This document shows, one piece after another, positions 24,095-24,097 of a stretch of 24,097 nt of DNA; the first letter of the stretch is position 1; each line of letters opens with the position of its first letter. The notes below the pieces were generated by a model. The model did no database searches, had not been told where the DNA came from, and worked only from the letters and a program-made list of their open reading frames with translations. Source of the DNA: Deltaproteobacteria bacterium (GTDB lineage Bacteria > Myxococcota > SpSt-1050); the NCBI GenBank assembly GCA_037441045.1, contig JBBISZ010000004.1:1-24097 (forward strand), given 5' to 3'. Made by a program: the position numbers and the translations under genes.

Positions 24095-24097
24095 TTT

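Overview
AT-rich, densely coding bacterial window. The gene content (giant TPR protein, myxococcal-type PilZ protein, Cys-rich lipoproteins, outer-membrane barrels) suggests a low-GC diderm of the Myxococcota/deltaproteobacterial type; this is inference. Left to right: (+) 5'-truncated giant TPR protein, PilZ protein, Cys-rich lipoprotein, DUF1571/LolA-like protein; (-) a unit read from right to left as DUF2946-like CxxC/RGPP leader ORF, His-rich outer-membrane barrel, ZnuA/TroA-type binding protein, ABC-3 permease (no ATPase), then a secreted discoidin-like protein and tdk; (+) helical lipoprotein, small OM barrel, 1111-aa PKD/IPT/NIDO-like/Ig/YVTN-propeller lipoprotein, terminator, transpeptidase-only PBP; (-) DUF4912, GH57 branching enzyme, tsaD; a stand-alone atypical GroES; and a MoaD/ThiS-like (no GG), SCP2, Fe-alcohol dehydrogenase unit. 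No rRNA, tRNA, CRISPR or mobile element was seen. The most notable signal is a candidate metal-sensing ribosome-arrest leader peptide (signal-like N-terminus, His/CxxC, C-terminal RGPP whose codons carry an anti-SD for the next gene) heading an ATPase-less Zn-type uptake operon. All family assignments come from motif recognition by eye, not from database searches.
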